64,000 nt of DNA, taken from contig OZ250150.1 in the NCBI GenBank assembly GCA_965237675.1, positions 5,472,001 to 5,536,000 on the forward strand. The letters are read 5' to 3'. A program made the position numbers and the translations under genes. Origin of the DNA: Candidatus Latescibacterota bacterium (GTDB lineage: Bacteria; Latescibacterota; UBA2968; GCA-2709665). How positions within the stretch are numbered: position 1 is the stretch's first letter; the number at the start of each line of letters is the position of its first letter. Positions 8,700-19,645 of the stretch are shown here, in pieces. The notes beneath the pieces were generated by a model. It was not told where the DNA came from and searched no databases. It saw only the letters and a program-made list of their open reading frames with translations.

Positions 8700-9260
8700 A
8701 CACAGGATTCTATCGGTCTGTGACGGGATCTCCGACCACGGTGATTACTACCGGGTCGGTACGTGGGAAGTGCTGGACTTCGCAGGCCGAGCACTGGCGT
8801 ACCTGACCGCCGCGCCTGGCAACCGTGGGCTGTCCGCATGCGGAGCAGAAGCCGTTGCGCACATGCCAATGAACGAGCGACCGCGCCTGGGCCAGGATGC
8901 CGGTTTCCCGACCCGCAAGCACGGTCCCGGCGTTGCGGCAATCCTCGAAACGCCAGTCCTGAGCGTCTGCTACCCGGCTGGCTGCCTCGGGGAAGGGAGA
9001 CAGGTCTACGGCGAAGTGCGCGACGCGTCCAATAGGCCGAGGAATATCGGCGCCGCGTCAGGCGTCAGGGTCCGGATACGCTGCGTGTTCAGCCAACCAA
9101 GCCGCGGAGGAAGGCGGTCGTGGATAAACTCCTCCAGGTTTCGGAAGGCCAGAAACCTGCTACCGGCGGCGCGTCCGGCGCGCTCAATCCAGGTTTCATC
9201 CCGACGTTCCCGTTCGCCACGGTCGAGGCGATTGCCGGAGAATGGATATGGAACTCTCAT
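8700..9260 (-). pseudogene. nudC: NAD(+) diphosphatase NudC remnant
   Basis: FSGNRLDR N-terminus; ARSLVHWH..FCSACG..RQCSAC..HFPRTDPVVIT; broken frames, Nudix box missing. Confidence 0.8.
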
Positions 9261-9359
9261 CGTTTGGGGTTACCGAAGGAGGAAAGCGGAAGGGAGGCGA
9301 GGGTCTATCCAGCCCATAGACGGCGCGAGTTCACGTCCAACTCCCGCGGCGCGACCGCT

Positions 9360-9995
9360 CGAGAACAGCGATGATGCGGCCTATTGTGCCGACGGCTTTT
9401 TCAGGCAACCCAGTGTGCACATCTTTCGGAAATTATGCAAATCCGCACGCAACGCCAACGTGGAACCCGCGGTGGAAGCATGGGCGCGCTATTTCCTGGA
9501 AACTGGACACTTTCCATGAACAAAGGGCAGAAAGCGACGAGGGGAACCCAATGACAAGCGGCCATTGCAGGCAACCGGATTCCATGGAGAGATTCGCCCT
9601 TTAGAGGGTCCGCCAACGGACACGTTGATCGAAATAGCCATTGCAGGATAATTTACAGACATTGTTTTGAAATGGTAGGATCAGGAAACGACCCGCGCAG
9701 ACTATAGATGGGACCAGACCCCCGTCTTGTCACTTGAAATCGCCGAAATGTCTAAGGAAGAAGATCCGTATCGCGCCATAGAGATCTGAGAAATGATGGC
9801 CGAGTCTGCGAGCAGCCGCGTTGAAGATATCGGATACCGGGAAGCCGTCGATTAACTCCGCAAAGTCCGAGACACCTTTAGACATCTCAACGTCGAGGAC
9901 GATTTGAGCGCATCGAGAGTCGGAAACAAAATAAAATCGCGTTGTGTGGAAGTACCCGATGTTCTGGCAGGCAAGCGTTTTATCGATAGTGCATC
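9360..9995 (+). pseudogene. decayed C-terminus of a helical protein resembling SWIM zinc-finger family proteins
   Basis: FFRQPS..YFLETGHFP and EDPYRAIEI*..YREAVD*LRKVR with internal stops; family recognised from memory. Confidence 0.45.
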
Positions 9996-10262
9996 GGTTA
10001 TGCATGAACGATAGTCGGAATTTTCATTTTGTCCGGGTACCTATCCAATCCGACATGCACGTCACCCTGTCGATCCGAACGTCTGTCAACGAAACGCGGC
10101 AGCAAATGGTTGTGACCGCCAAACCCATTGCCGATGCTGACTTTACTCCAGGTCGGCAATGCCGCGTGCCGGGGCGTAGCAGGATTGCGCCGAGCGCCGT
10201 GTATCTGACTAAGATGGGGGCGAAGTTCCTGTGAGCCCCGGCCATGGCGTACCACTACCTGC

Positions 10263-13100
10263 TCACCTGAACAGCCCCGAGTACTTAAAGGTCATAATGT
10301 AGTCCTGCGAACCCTGCTTCCTGGCCAAGGGTCGATTGTCGTAAATGTCCCATCCCAAACCGAAGAGAAACTGATCCTTGAAAAAAGAAACGGCCACGCC
10401 CAGAGAAATGGCCAGCGATTTTTTGGTTGAAAGGGCTTCGAGGACGTTGCCGATAACGGTCAGATGGATGCCGGAAATCGACGGGTTATCCACGTTGTGC
10501 CAGCCGGCAAAAGCGAGTCCGGGCAGGCCAAGCAGGCGCTCAGTTCTGCCTTGGACCGCTTTGCCATCGGCGTCTGTATAATCGCGCCCAGGGCGAATCG
10601 TCAAAAAGGAAATCAGCGGCTTGGCCTCAAACTCCCACTTCCAGCCCCCGGCTTCCAGAATCTGCGATACGCTCTGAGACTCCGCACCCGGGTGACTTCG
10701 GGTTGTGATTCTGAGTCGCACTCGGCGATTGTCGTCTTCTGACAGCTGCAAATTGAGATCCTCGGCTAAGACCCGCCCGCCGCTCGATTCGTTGATTCTA
10801 ACCTTCAGCTTTCGGTTACTGCTATTGCCTTTGGGGGCGTAGTTTTCGTCAAGCCGCGTCCACTCGACGACCATCTCGCGACCGATTAGCGCCCGCCGCA
10901 GCGAGTCGGGAATCGCAAAGGACACATCCACTTTGGTGCCGTCTTTTTGCACGACGGGGACATTGTTCCAACTAACGGCCAAGGGTTGGGTCTTCTCGCC
11001 GCGGGTGACCCGGACCTCGACAATCTGCGCCAAGTCGATGTCTGCGAGTACCCCGTGCCCCTTGTATTCGAGCGGACGGGCGCGATCCTTGACGTTGTTG
11101 CTGACCAATAAAACGCGCCCTCGGCGATCGCCTAAAGCATCGGGCGCAAAAAAGAGCGTGACGTCCGCTGACTTGCCCGCGGCCAGCGCGAATTGCGCCG
11201 GTGCAACATGGGCTTCGTTGTTTAGGGGATGCGCCTCAACTCGCAGCACGGTATCGCCGACGTTGGTGACCACGAAGGTCCTTTCCGCCTGCTCTCCCAA
11301 GACCGCATAGCCAAAATCAATGATGCCCTCCGGATTCAACTCGATTTCCGCGGCCACGCCGTGGCCCTTGAGCAAGATGTCGAGCGCCAATTTCTCATTC
11401 GCGCCCCAGCCGTCCAAGCGCAAGGTCCCCGAAATCGCTCCACGGGTCGACGGGCTGAAGGTTACGTCTAGCGGCAAGGTGTGCTGGCTGTGGGCCGGCA
11501 GCAAGAACCTACTGTCGGCGTCGATTGAGGTGTGGGCTGTAAACTGGGCGCTCGTCGAGCGAAGCTGGTAAATCTCAAAATCGGCGTTGCCCACATTGGC
11601 TATTTCGACGACTCGGCTGCTGCTTTCGCCGACGGCAACGCGGCCGAAGTCTACGGTTGCCGGGCTGAGGGCAAAAAATCGGCCTACACCCTGCAAGTGC
11701 ACGGTCTGACGCTCGGCTTCGGCCTCGACATGGAGAATGGCTTTGTGAGTACCGGATTCCTTGGGCGAGAAACTCAGCGCCACCTGCGCGCTGGCTCCGG
11801 GCTGAATGAGGACGGAGTGCTGCGCGAGATCAAATTCAACGCCCTCGTCCGCGACTACAGAGACCTGCACCACGCCCGGCCGGCCACCCTTGTTCCACAA
11901 TAGCAAATGGCTGCGCGCGCTCCCGCCGATAGGCACGCTGCCGAAGTCAATGTCGCCATTAATGATCTCGATGCGCGGTGGTCTGATTTGGCCCCGACCC
12001 GCGAGGGGGATGGCGACGTTAGCAGCTTGCGGATCGTTGGTGTACAGGCGCAGGATGCCGCTTTGGTCGCCTTCGCTCTGCGGCACAAACGCTGCGCTCA
12101 GATCAAGTCGTCCCTCGGGAGCAATGGTCGCCGACGAGTCTCCTATTCCAAGGGTAAATGCTGCACCCTCGATGGCGACGTTTTCAACATGCAACTCGGC
12201 TTGGCCCTGATTGAGAACGGTCACGTGGCGCGTTAGGCGCTGACCCATTTCGACGGAGCCAAAATCGAGGCCCACTTGCGGGAGGGGAGAAAAAGCCGCT
12301 TGCGGTACCAAACCGCTCCCCTGCATGGGAATGGACCAATCCCCAAAGTCGGGTGCGGTGACGACGAATTCAGTCGCGACTAGCCCCGCGCCCGTCGGTG
12401 CAAACGCAACGTCTATCCGCGTTTCACCGCCGGGAGCGGGCCAAGGGCCGACATCGCCCTCAACGCTAAAGGGGCCTTGTAGGTCGGCTACTTCCATCTG
12501 CCCAACCGCCACGGGCACGGTTCCAGTATTTCTGAAGATAACAACCGCCATCGCCACTTGCCCGACGGGAACCGCGCCAAAATCCAGCCCCTCGGCTGGC
12601 AAAAGCACCAAGGTCGGAACGACGGCTGCCGCTTGGAGCGGCACGACTAAGCGCTGGTCTATGAACAAGGCGGCTACCTGCAACGTCAGTTCGCCCGAAT
12701 ACTCCCCAGCCGCAGTTGCGCTGAATCTCACTTCGACGCTACTGACGCCCTTGCCGTCCAAGCGCAGCGTATCTGAGAACGCGCGAAAGCCGTCGCCGCT
12801 AATACCGACGATCATCTCAAGCGCGTCGTCTTGCAGATTTTCTATGGAAACGGACGCCCGCGTCTCCACGCCGACGCCGACTACACCCAAGTCAAGCGCA
12901 TCTGGGTCAATGGCGAGGGGTTGCGCGCGCAGAAACACTGGCAGGCACAGGAGGGCGAGCAGAAGAACAAAAGAAAAGCAGACAACCCACCAGAATTTCG
13001 AACTCCATGGTTGTCGGAGATTCACGTCGCAGAGGTGCCGAAGATGACGCCTGACGTATTCTTTGCGCCGATTCATGTGACCCTCGTTTCGTCCATACAT
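10263..13100 (-). CDS. surface protein with tandem Ig-like (choice-of-anchor D / ASPM-SPD2-Hydin-like) domains
   Basis: About six LDFGxVxVG...N.G...F.P...G...G.L repeats; signal peptide. Confidence 0.8.
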   Translation of the reverse strand: MYGRNEGHMNRRKEYVRRHLRHLCDVNLRQPWSSKFWWVVCFSFVLLLALLCLPVFLRAQPLAIDPDALDLGVVGVGVETRASVSIENLQDDALEMIVGISGDGFRAFSDTLRLDGKGVSSVEVRFSATAAGEYSGELTLQVAALFIDQRLVVPLQAAAVVPTLVLLPAEGLDFGAVPVGQVAMAVVIFRNTGTVPVAVGQMEVADLQGPFSVEGDVGPWPAPGGETRIDVAFAPTGAGLVATEFVVTAPDFGDWSIPMQGSGLVPQAAFSPLPQVGLDFGSVEMGQRLTRHVTVLNQGQAELHVENVAIEGAAFTLGIGDSSATIAPEGRLDLSAAFVPQSEGDQSGILRLYTNDPQAANVAIPLAGRGQIRPPRIEIINGDIDFGSVPIGGSARSHLLLWNKGGRPGVVQVSVVADEGVEFDLAQHSVLIQPGASAQVALSFSPKESGTHKAILHVEAEAERQTVHLQGVGRFFALSPATVDFGRVAVGESSSRVVEIANVGNADFEIYQLRSTSAQFTAHTSIDADSRFLLPAHSQHTLPLDVTFSPSTRGAISGTLRLDGWGANEKLALDILLKGHGVAAEIELNPEGIIDFGYAVLGEQAERTFVVTNVGDTVLRVEAHPLNNEAHVAPAQFALAAGKSADVTLFFAPDALGDRRGRVLLVSNNVKDRARPLEYKGHGVLADIDLAQIVEVRVTRGEKTQPLAVSWNNVPVVQKDGTKVDVSFAIPDSLRRALIGREMVVEWTRLDENYAPKGNSSNRKLKVRINESSGGRVLAEDLNLQLSEDDNRRVRLRITTRSHPGAESQSVSQILEAGGWKWEFEAKPLISFLTIRPGRDYTDADGKAVQGRTERLLGLPGLAFAGWHNVDNPSISGIHLTVIGNVLEALSTKKSLAISLGVAVSFFKDQFLFGLGWDIYDNRPLARKQGSQDYIMTFKYSGLFR

Positions 13101-13339
13101 ACGTTCAAATTACCCACCGTGTATTGTGTAGAAGATCAGTTACAAGGCCCAGACGAGCCGAGGATAGCGGTTCGAACTATGACCAGCCGGTACGTGTTGG
13201 CCAACGAGGACGTCGGCAAACAGCTATTCGGCACGTCGACACACGCCTCCGCGTCGATAAGAATATACAGAGGAAAACGCGGGATTCAATCCCGACCTGG
13301 AATATTCACTGTTGTTGAACCGAATAATAGTTGAATCTA

Positions 13340-14975
13340 GGAGTCTGCGCCGCAGGAAAATTCATTTCAATGGACAGGTAAAGGTAGGTATAATGGGTCG
13401 TGTAGTTCGGAAATGTCAAGCAGTAAAGAGGTTGTGAGTTGTGTCAACGGAGGGAGCTATCGATGCCGACGACCTTTCGTGCGTATCACCCGGACCAGAT
13501 ATTGCTGTTGGCGCCTGATCTTCGGGAGTGGGTGCCTGAAGGGCATCTGTCGCACCAGGTGAGCGATCTGGTGGATTCACTGGATCTGGGGTCGTTCTAC
13601 GCGCCGTATGAAGGCGATGGGCGTCGCAACGCGCCTTATGAGCCATCGATGATGTTGAAGGTATTGATATATGGGTACGCGACGGGTGTGTATTCGTCTC
13701 GTGGGATCGCGCGGAAGCTGGAGGAGGACGTGGCGTTTCGTATGTTGGCGGCAGGCAATTTTCCACAACACCGGACGATCTGCGAGTTTCGTCGTCGTCA
13801 CCTAAAAGATTTCGGGCGTTTGTTCGTGGAGGTGGTTCGTGTGGCGCGGGAGATGGGTCTGGTACGTTTCGGGACGCTATCTTTGGACGGCACGAAGGTA
13901 CGAGCGAAGGCGAGCAAGCGCAAGGCCATGAGTTACGGGCGGATGTTGAAGGAACAGGCTCGTCTGGAGAAAGAGATCGGGGCGTTGCTGGCGGGGGCTG
14001 TGTCGATTGATGCCGAGGAGGACGCGCGTTACGGCGCGGATGTTCGTGGCGACGAGTTACCGGTCGAGTTGCAGCGCAGGCAGGTTCGTCTGGCGGCGAT
14101 CAGGGCGGCTCGGGAGCGTCTAAAAGCATCGCAACGAGCCGTCGACGATGCGCGCGGTCGCAAGCCCGGTCAGAAGTGCAACCCGAAGGGCGGGCGGCCA
14201 TACAAAAGGGCCTATGGCGAGCCCGACCCGAAGGCGCAGAGCAACTTCACGGACCCCCAGTCTCGGATCATGAAGACGAGCGCGGAGGGGTTCCAGCAGT
14301 GCTACAACGCCCAGACGGTGGTGGACGCCGAGCGTCAGATCATCGTGGCTGCGCATCTGGGGTCAGCGGCCACCGATCAGGGCTTTATGCTCCCTTTGCT
14401 GGATGGGGTGCAAGAGACATTCGGGGTCAAGCCGGCGGTGGTTCTGGCGGACGCGGGATACTGCAACGAGGAGGACCTGGCCACGCTTGAGGAACGTGGC
14501 ATCGACGGTCACGTGGCGCTGGGGCGGGAGGGCAGGGAAGGGGTGGACGTCGATTCGGAGACGCTTCCAGCGACGCATCGCATGGGCGAAAAACTGGCGA
14601 GCCCGGAAGGTCGGGGCCTGTATGCGATGCGCAAGTGGCTCTCCGAGGCGCCGAACGGATGGATCAAGGAGATACTGGGCTTCCGGCGCTTCAGCTTCCG
14701 GGGTCTGGAAAAGGTGCGGGGCGAGTGGGACCTGGTCTGCCTGGCGTTGAACGCCAAGCGGATGGCAGCGTTGACGATGTGTTGAGGCATGAGTTCGGGC
14801 GTCCTGTGCTTGTGGACTCGACATACGGGAAGCCACGATCCCTAATATCTCGTCCTCAACACGCCTGACTGCCACGATGCCCCCGCCCGAAACTCATCAT
14901 CCCACTCCCAACATAACACCGAACCCAACACAGACACATCTCGCCCTTTGCAAAAACTCCTGCGGCGCAGACTCC
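13340..14975 (+). mobile_element. IS1182-family insertion sequence
   Basis: 18-bp perfect TIR GGAGTCTGCGCCGCAGGA (13340-13357 / 14958-14975). Confidence 0.9.
13463..14785 (+). CDS. IS1182-family transposase
   Basis: G..PYEPSMMLKVLIYGYATGVYSSR, LDGTK, NFTDPQSRIMK, LADAGY, GFRRFSFRGL. Confidence 0.95.
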   Translation: MPTTFRAYHPDQILLLAPDLREWVPEGHLSHQVSDLVDSLDLGSFYAPYEGDGRRNAPYEPSMMLKVLIYGYATGVYSSRGIARKLEEDVAFRMLAAGNFPQHRTICEFRRRHLKDFGRLFVEVVRVAREMGLVRFGTLSLDGTKVRAKASKRKAMSYGRMLKEQARLEKEIGALLAGAVSIDAEEDARYGADVRGDELPVELQRRQVRLAAIRAARERLKASQRAVDDARGRKPGQKCNPKGGRPYKRAYGEPDPKAQSNFTDPQSRIMKTSAEGFQQCYNAQTVVDAERQIIVAAHLGSAATDQGFMLPLLDGVQETFGVKPAVVLADAGYCNEEDLATLEERGIDGHVALGREGREGVDVDSETLPATHRMGEKLASPEGRGLYAMRKWLSEAPNGWIKEILGFRRFSFRGLEKVRGEWDLVCLALNAKRMAALTMC

Positions 14976-15014
14976 CAGGGCAATATGAGCATTCACTGGG
15001 AACCCTACTTAAGC

Positions 15015-15051
15015 GTTTCAATCCTTGTTCTGGTGGAAGACGTTCGACGAT
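15015..15051 (-). repeat. solitary CRISPR-like repeat (family B)
   Basis: gtttcaatccttgttctggtggaagacgttcgacgat. Confidence 0.85.
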
Positions 15052-15227
15052 TCGGCCGCACGCTCAGCGTCGGCACGGGCCCACAGGGCCAATTTGGACA
15101 GGGTGGGGACAGGCAGGCAGGCCGCCTTGTAGTCAGCAGGTGAGAACGGCGTGCCGTCCTCGTGCCAGGCGGGGCCGTTAAAAGTGTCTGCCATCTTGTT
15201 GGGTTTGTTGGGCGTGTCGATAGTCAT
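15018..15227 (-). CDS. small WHxDGTPF-motif protein whose 3' end reads into the repeat
   Basis: WHEDGTPFSPADYKAACLPVPTLSKLALWARADAERAAE; GGAG RBS. Confidence 0.6.
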   Translation of the reverse strand: MTIDTPNKPNKMADTFNGPAWHEDGTPFSPADYKAACLPVPTLSKLALWARADAERAAESSNVFHQNKD

Positions 15228-15338
15228 CGTTCAGGTCTCCCATATAGTCCCACCGGATATCCCCAACGTGGTCCCCCGGCAGGTTTTCGCGAAAAGCCTC
15301 AATGGACCGCTCGCCACCCGGCAACTTCTGGGCGTCGG

Positions 15339-15375
15339 GTTTCGATCCTTGTTCTGGTGGATCTACATTTGCGGG
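15339..15375 (-). repeat. solitary CRISPR-like repeat (family B)
   Basis: gtttcgatccttgttctggtggatctacatttgcggg. Confidence 0.75.
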
Positions 15376-15548
15376 CGCTCAGGACCGCCACCACTGTCCC
15401 GATCTGGACAATAACCGCCTTGCAGCACCGCGACCCGGTCCGCGACCGCCAGGGCGTCGCAGACGTCTCGCGCGGCCCAAATCATCGTGCGGCACCGCAG
15501 TTTTGTACGTCGTGCGAAGAGATCGCGCGGATAAATATAGATTCGTGG

Positions 15549-15567
15549 TGTCGCAATTACTGCGACA
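15549..15567. promoter_or_regulatory. putative WYL operator
   Basis: TGTCGCAATTACTGCGACA palindrome. Confidence 0.65.
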
Positions 15568-15899
15568 AAAAGCAGCTTTCAGCAATCAGCCGACAGCAGT
15601 CAGCCAATAACGAAAAGGCGATCTATTCACGTCAGCGCATTTGGAGTATCTCCAGGGGCATCCCTTTCGGTTGCCCAAGTCGCGTCGAGTAACAGGCCAC
15701 AGGAGGCAATTGGGGGTTCCGTCGGGAGACCCCGCGGGGCGTCATCGTTTTTGTCGATCAGAGGGCATCAGTCGAGATAAGGAAGCGTCGTGTAACCGTA
15801 CGCCCAAATCGCCAACCGGCGGCGCTCGATGATTTTGGCTCTCTTCTCTCGAACCTCCTCATCGAGTAAATAAACGCAGGCAGACACGGGAACTCTATA

Positions 15900-15936
15900 G
15901 AGTAAATCGTTGTTCTGATGGAAGTTCTCATTGGGC
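15900..15936 (-). repeat. solitary CRISPR-like repeat (family B, degenerate)
   Basis: gagtaaatcgttgttctgatggaagttctc. Confidence 0.7.
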
Positions 15937-16174
15937 GAAGAGCCCTTTTGGGACTCGCGCCAGCGTCGGAACTCGTACTGCTTGGTGAAGACCAGCACTT
16001 CGGTTGCCGCCAGCAGGCCGTGCAGGGTCGCATAGAGGCACTCGGAAAAGCGGATCCGAAGGACGCTATGCTACTGATTTTGGCGACTATGTTAAAAACA
16101 ACGCGATCGAATTTCACCCGAGGCAAAAATGTCCAGAGGCAGTACCGGAATTTTTCGCAAACCCCTTGCTGCGT

Positions 16175-17929
16175 CTACGATGTTCCCCGGTCGCTCCGAT
16201 TCGTACTAAGCAGCCCTCGCAGCCTGTGATGCAGACGGTCGCGACGGGCTTCGTAGAACGCGTTGAACCCTGTGATTTCCGTTGGGATCTCACCCAAGTC
16301 ATTTCGAGAGACGAAATCGCTCGCCGCTTCGGAATCATAGGTATTAGCGATCCACTCGTGCGGCAACCTATCGCGCTTGCTTTCGTTGGCCTCCCCGGTG
16401 AGCAACTGCAGATTGGGGAGGCGGTTGACACGGTCGAGGTACTCCGGGATGTGGTCTTCAGCCACTCCGACCTGGCGTAGACGCCCACGCGTGAACCGGC
16501 TCTTCGGAAACACGTGATCGATATGGAACCTGTTGCTTTGCACATCCACGAAGGGGTATAAGACGGACAGTAGCGCGAACGTACGGTCCTTCGACTCCAC
16601 GAGATCCTCTATTTCTTCTTCCTCGAATGCCAGGCTCTTGCCGCGCACCCGCATCCCAGCTTCCAGTTTCGCCGACGGGAATGCCTCTGCGCCATGTGTA
16701 TCGATCAGGCTCCTGAGCGAGGTGAGCAGGGTGTCCAGACCGCTGCCCCAAATCCCTCGCTTGAGCAGTGATCGCAATAGCCAATCTCGGATATCATCTC
16801 GATCCTGGCGGTACAACGATTGAGACAAGAATCCCGTGGGTGTATCCTTGCAATACAGGTAGTGAGCAATGGGCAGAACTGCGTAGTTTGCGCTTAGACT
16901 GGCCTGGGAAAAACCAAACCTTGCCACCAATTCCACGGCTGTGCGTACTGCGCGCGTTATCGGGTCCCAGTTCTCTTCAAGGAGCTTCATGTTGTTCCGA
17001 TTGAAATTGGTCGCCCTGAAACGAACGTTCGCGACCCCTGCAAGCATAAGGCCTGCTTTGAGCAGGAAGTCCTGAGTGAACGCGAAGCCCGTCCCGATGC
17101 GGTTTATTTCGTCCACCGTGCCGTGTATTGCCTCGCGGGCATCCAGTTTCTCCCACTGTGCGGTGGCCATACTCATCAGCATGTCTGAATAGCTCAGCGT
17201 CGTACCACCACTGTTGGTACGGATAAAGATGTCAAGAACCTTGTCTATATTTTGGTCAGGTTCCTCGTAGTGCGCGATAACCGGATCCGTGTGCACAACC
17301 TTTTGTAGCTTCCCTAGGACGTTGCCTGGGCGGCGTTCATTGCCAAGTTGTCTGTTCACGAGAATTTCGTTGAGATCCTGCCACTCCTCAACCTGTAGGA
17401 TCTCGCCAACGGGGTACCAGCAGTGCGTTTCGTCCCGCCGTTCGGCCTCTTCGCTGGTCAGAAATCGAAAATCGTACTGCATGTTTTGCTCGTTCTCCTC
17501 CGCGTCCGCGAGAAGATTCAGGTATAGTTTCCGCTTTGGAAATGCGTCTGGGTTGTTCCACCATAGACGCGGCAGTTTGTAGGCGTAGGTACCCCGTAGC
17601 CCGATGTTCAAACCCGTTAGTCGTTGCTGGCCGTCGAGCACTGCGGTAACTTCATCTCGGGTGAGGGCTCCTATTGGATCGCAATGGGGGTTATCTCTCT
17701 CGTGATAGTTAAGCATTAAGTCGTAGAACTTGTACTTAGCGATGCTCTCTCGTTCGACGATCCAGAACAGGAACGACCCAATCGGGTACCCGCGCATCAG
17801 GCTGTCGAAGAGACATTGGATCTGTTCAGGCCGCCACACGAATTCCCGCTGAATCGCAGGAAGCACATACTGCCTACCTTCAATAGCCCCGAGGGCCTTG
17901 CTGATCGTGATAGGAGTCTGGAATCCCAT
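16175..17929 (-). CDS. GmrSD-like DUF262 + C-terminal HNH (DUF1524-like) restriction endonuclease
   Basis: LPAIQREFVW, LFDSLMRGYPIG, LDGQQRLT, FIRTNSGG, HIDHVFPK..NLQLL..N..K. Confidence 0.9.
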   Translation of the reverse strand: MGFQTPITISKALGAIEGRQYVLPAIQREFVWRPEQIQCLFDSLMRGYPIGSFLFWIVERESIAKYKFYDLMLNYHERDNPHCDPIGALTRDEVTAVLDGQQRLTGLNIGLRGTYAYKLPRLWWNNPDAFPKRKLYLNLLADAEENEQNMQYDFRFLTSEEAERRDETHCWYPVGEILQVEEWQDLNEILVNRQLGNERRPGNVLGKLQKVVHTDPVIAHYEEPDQNIDKVLDIFIRTNSGGTTLSYSDMLMSMATAQWEKLDAREAIHGTVDEINRIGTGFAFTQDFLLKAGLMLAGVANVRFRATNFNRNNMKLLEENWDPITRAVRTAVELVARFGFSQASLSANYAVLPIAHYLYCKDTPTGFLSQSLYRQDRDDIRDWLLRSLLKRGIWGSGLDTLLTSLRSLIDTHGAEAFPSAKLEAGMRVRGKSLAFEEEEIEDLVESKDRTFALLSVLYPFVDVQSNRFHIDHVFPKSRFTRGRLRQVGVAEDHIPEYLDRVNRLPNLQLLTGEANESKRDRLPHEWIANTYDSEAASDFVSRNDLGEIPTEITGFNAFYEARRDRLHHRLRGLLSTNRSDRGTS

Positions 17930-18641
17930 CAGTGAAAACCTCCTTCGAATCGGGTTTACAGCGGCGACAACGGAAAGTGCTAATACACGCACCACCGGTG
18001 GGTACGGGTGCGCCGTCTGGATTCTATGCCATGGACTTTGCGGCTAGGGCCAAAAGCCGGTACCGTGAGCGTTAATCTCCTTCTGGGCCTTGGCGGAGAC
18101 TCTGCGTCGCTTGTACGCGTTTCCTGGTAGCCTCGTAGACCTTCATTCGAAGAAAGCAAGGGGTGCCGAGATTGCTATGGTGCCCGATGTGCCACTGCCT
18201 GCGCCTATGCAGGAACCACATGAATGGATTGACTGTGACCGCCGAGCATTTCTGGGGGTATTCGCACACTCAGGGTTCGCGGTCCAAGTGTATGTTGCCG
18301 CGCAACAGGTGTGGGCTCAACATGCCGATGGACGCGTACGCAGTCGCTTGCACGGTACTGGGTACAGCGGTTGGTGGTACTTGTGGTCCGTCAATTCAGG
18401 GTCAAGATTGATGTTCCAGCGTGCCAGTCCAAAGATGCGCCCGAATAGGCTTTTGAGCCACCGGGTACAGAACGTGGTGCGATGCGAGAGTTGGTGCACC
18501 GCATCTATTGCACAAGTACCTCTCGGTAGATCCGCGACCGTTTCCGGTCCAACTTGACCGAGGTATAGGAGACAAATTCATTCGACTCGACAATATGACA
18601 ACGTGCAGAGCAAACGTCGCCTGATCGTCGGGTTCGTTCAC

Positions 18642-18670
18642 GTTTCGATTCCGGTTCCTGTGGAAAATGC
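18642..18670 (-). repeat. degenerate solitary CRISPR-like repeat (family B)
   Basis: gtttcgattccggttcctgtggaaaatgc, 20/29 matches to the consensus by eye. Confidence 0.45.
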
Positions 18671-18727
18671 ACTGCGGATTGTCGTGCGTACACAACGCAC
18701 CTCGGCCATTCGGTCTCTTGGCGCTGC

Positions 18728-19642
18728 TTAAGCAACCTCGAACAGGTAGCGCACCCACTTGTTTGCGACGTCGGAGATGCCATCCACGTCAATTACGAAT
18801 TCCTGCCCTGGGCCTTCCGAGGTGACATGGATCCACGGCGCGGCGCGCCGCCGCATTTTGACTTTACGCTTAAGGCGCCTGCAACCGTCGGCTGGCCAGA
18901 ACCATTCAGGCAGTCTCCAGTGTGAGCATCGGGATGATGCTCCCTTTTCAACTTCCTCCGGCTCGGTCAAGATGATACGGCAGTCTTCGTTCTGAAATAC
19001 GCCGCCTCCGGGTGCGTCGGTTCCAGCGATACTGAGCTTCGGAGTCGAAACGTAGACCGTGTTGTTCATCGGCCTCCGAGGATTGTCGCCCGGTTCCCGG
19101 AATGATCCGTTCAGATGTGGGTGGTCCGATAGCCACGGATACTTGCCCAGAGCGCGGTCGTAGTCCGCAACTGTATGAAGTGCCAAAACTTCATGTACCT
19201 GAAGCCAACCGAAAATCAGATGGACTCTCGGTGCGGTTCTGACGAAACACCAACCGCCGCTGCCATCTTCCTCGACCCGCCGGAACGTTCCGAAGAACAG
19301 GAAAAGGTCACCCTGACAGACGCCCTGATTGGCCAGGTGGGTTTGAGATTCATCTACCAGTCCGAATGCTGGCCGCCATCCGGATTGCCGTGGGATCGCT
19401 TCGTCTCGAAGGTCTGGATCCAGGTGGCACCAACAGTCTTGCCTAACTTTACTCAGGCACTCCACAATCGGCGCGAGCGAGCGACCAACCCACAGAACAT
19501 CGCTAAACCGTTTCGAAGATTGAGGATAACGCTGGGGCGTCGGAATAGGGAGGGAGAGGATTCTCCCGTCTGGGAAAATCGGGCTATGGCTCTTTCCAGT
19601 TTTCGAGTCGAATCCCTTGCGGCTGAGCACGATTCTCTTCAT
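18728..19642 (-). CDS. Nucleotide modification associated domain 3 (Nmad3) protein
   Basis: MKRIVLSRKGFDS..SPIFPDG..SLPIP, CHLDPDL, GDLFLFFG, GPGQEFV. Confidence 0.8.
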   Translation of the reverse strand: MKRIVLSRKGFDSKTGKSHSPIFPDGRILSLPIPTPQRYPQSSKRFSDVLWVGRSLAPIVECLSKVRQDCWCHLDPDLRDEAIPRQSGWRPAFGLVDESQTHLANQGVCQGDLFLFFGTFRRVEEDGSGGWCFVRTAPRVHLIFGWLQVHEVLALHTVADYDRALGKYPWLSDHPHLNGSFREPGDNPRRPMNNTVYVSTPKLSIAGTDAPGGGVFQNEDCRIILTEPEEVEKGASSRCSHWRLPEWFWPADGCRRLKRKVKMRRRAAPWIHVTSEGPGQEFVIDVDGISDVANKWVRYLFEVA

Positions 19643-19645
19643 CGG

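Noticed and set aside
18072-18640. Overlapping short ORFs between the GmrSD-like and Nmad3 genes
   Set aside because: No recognisable motif or consistent frame; probably a decayed cassette.
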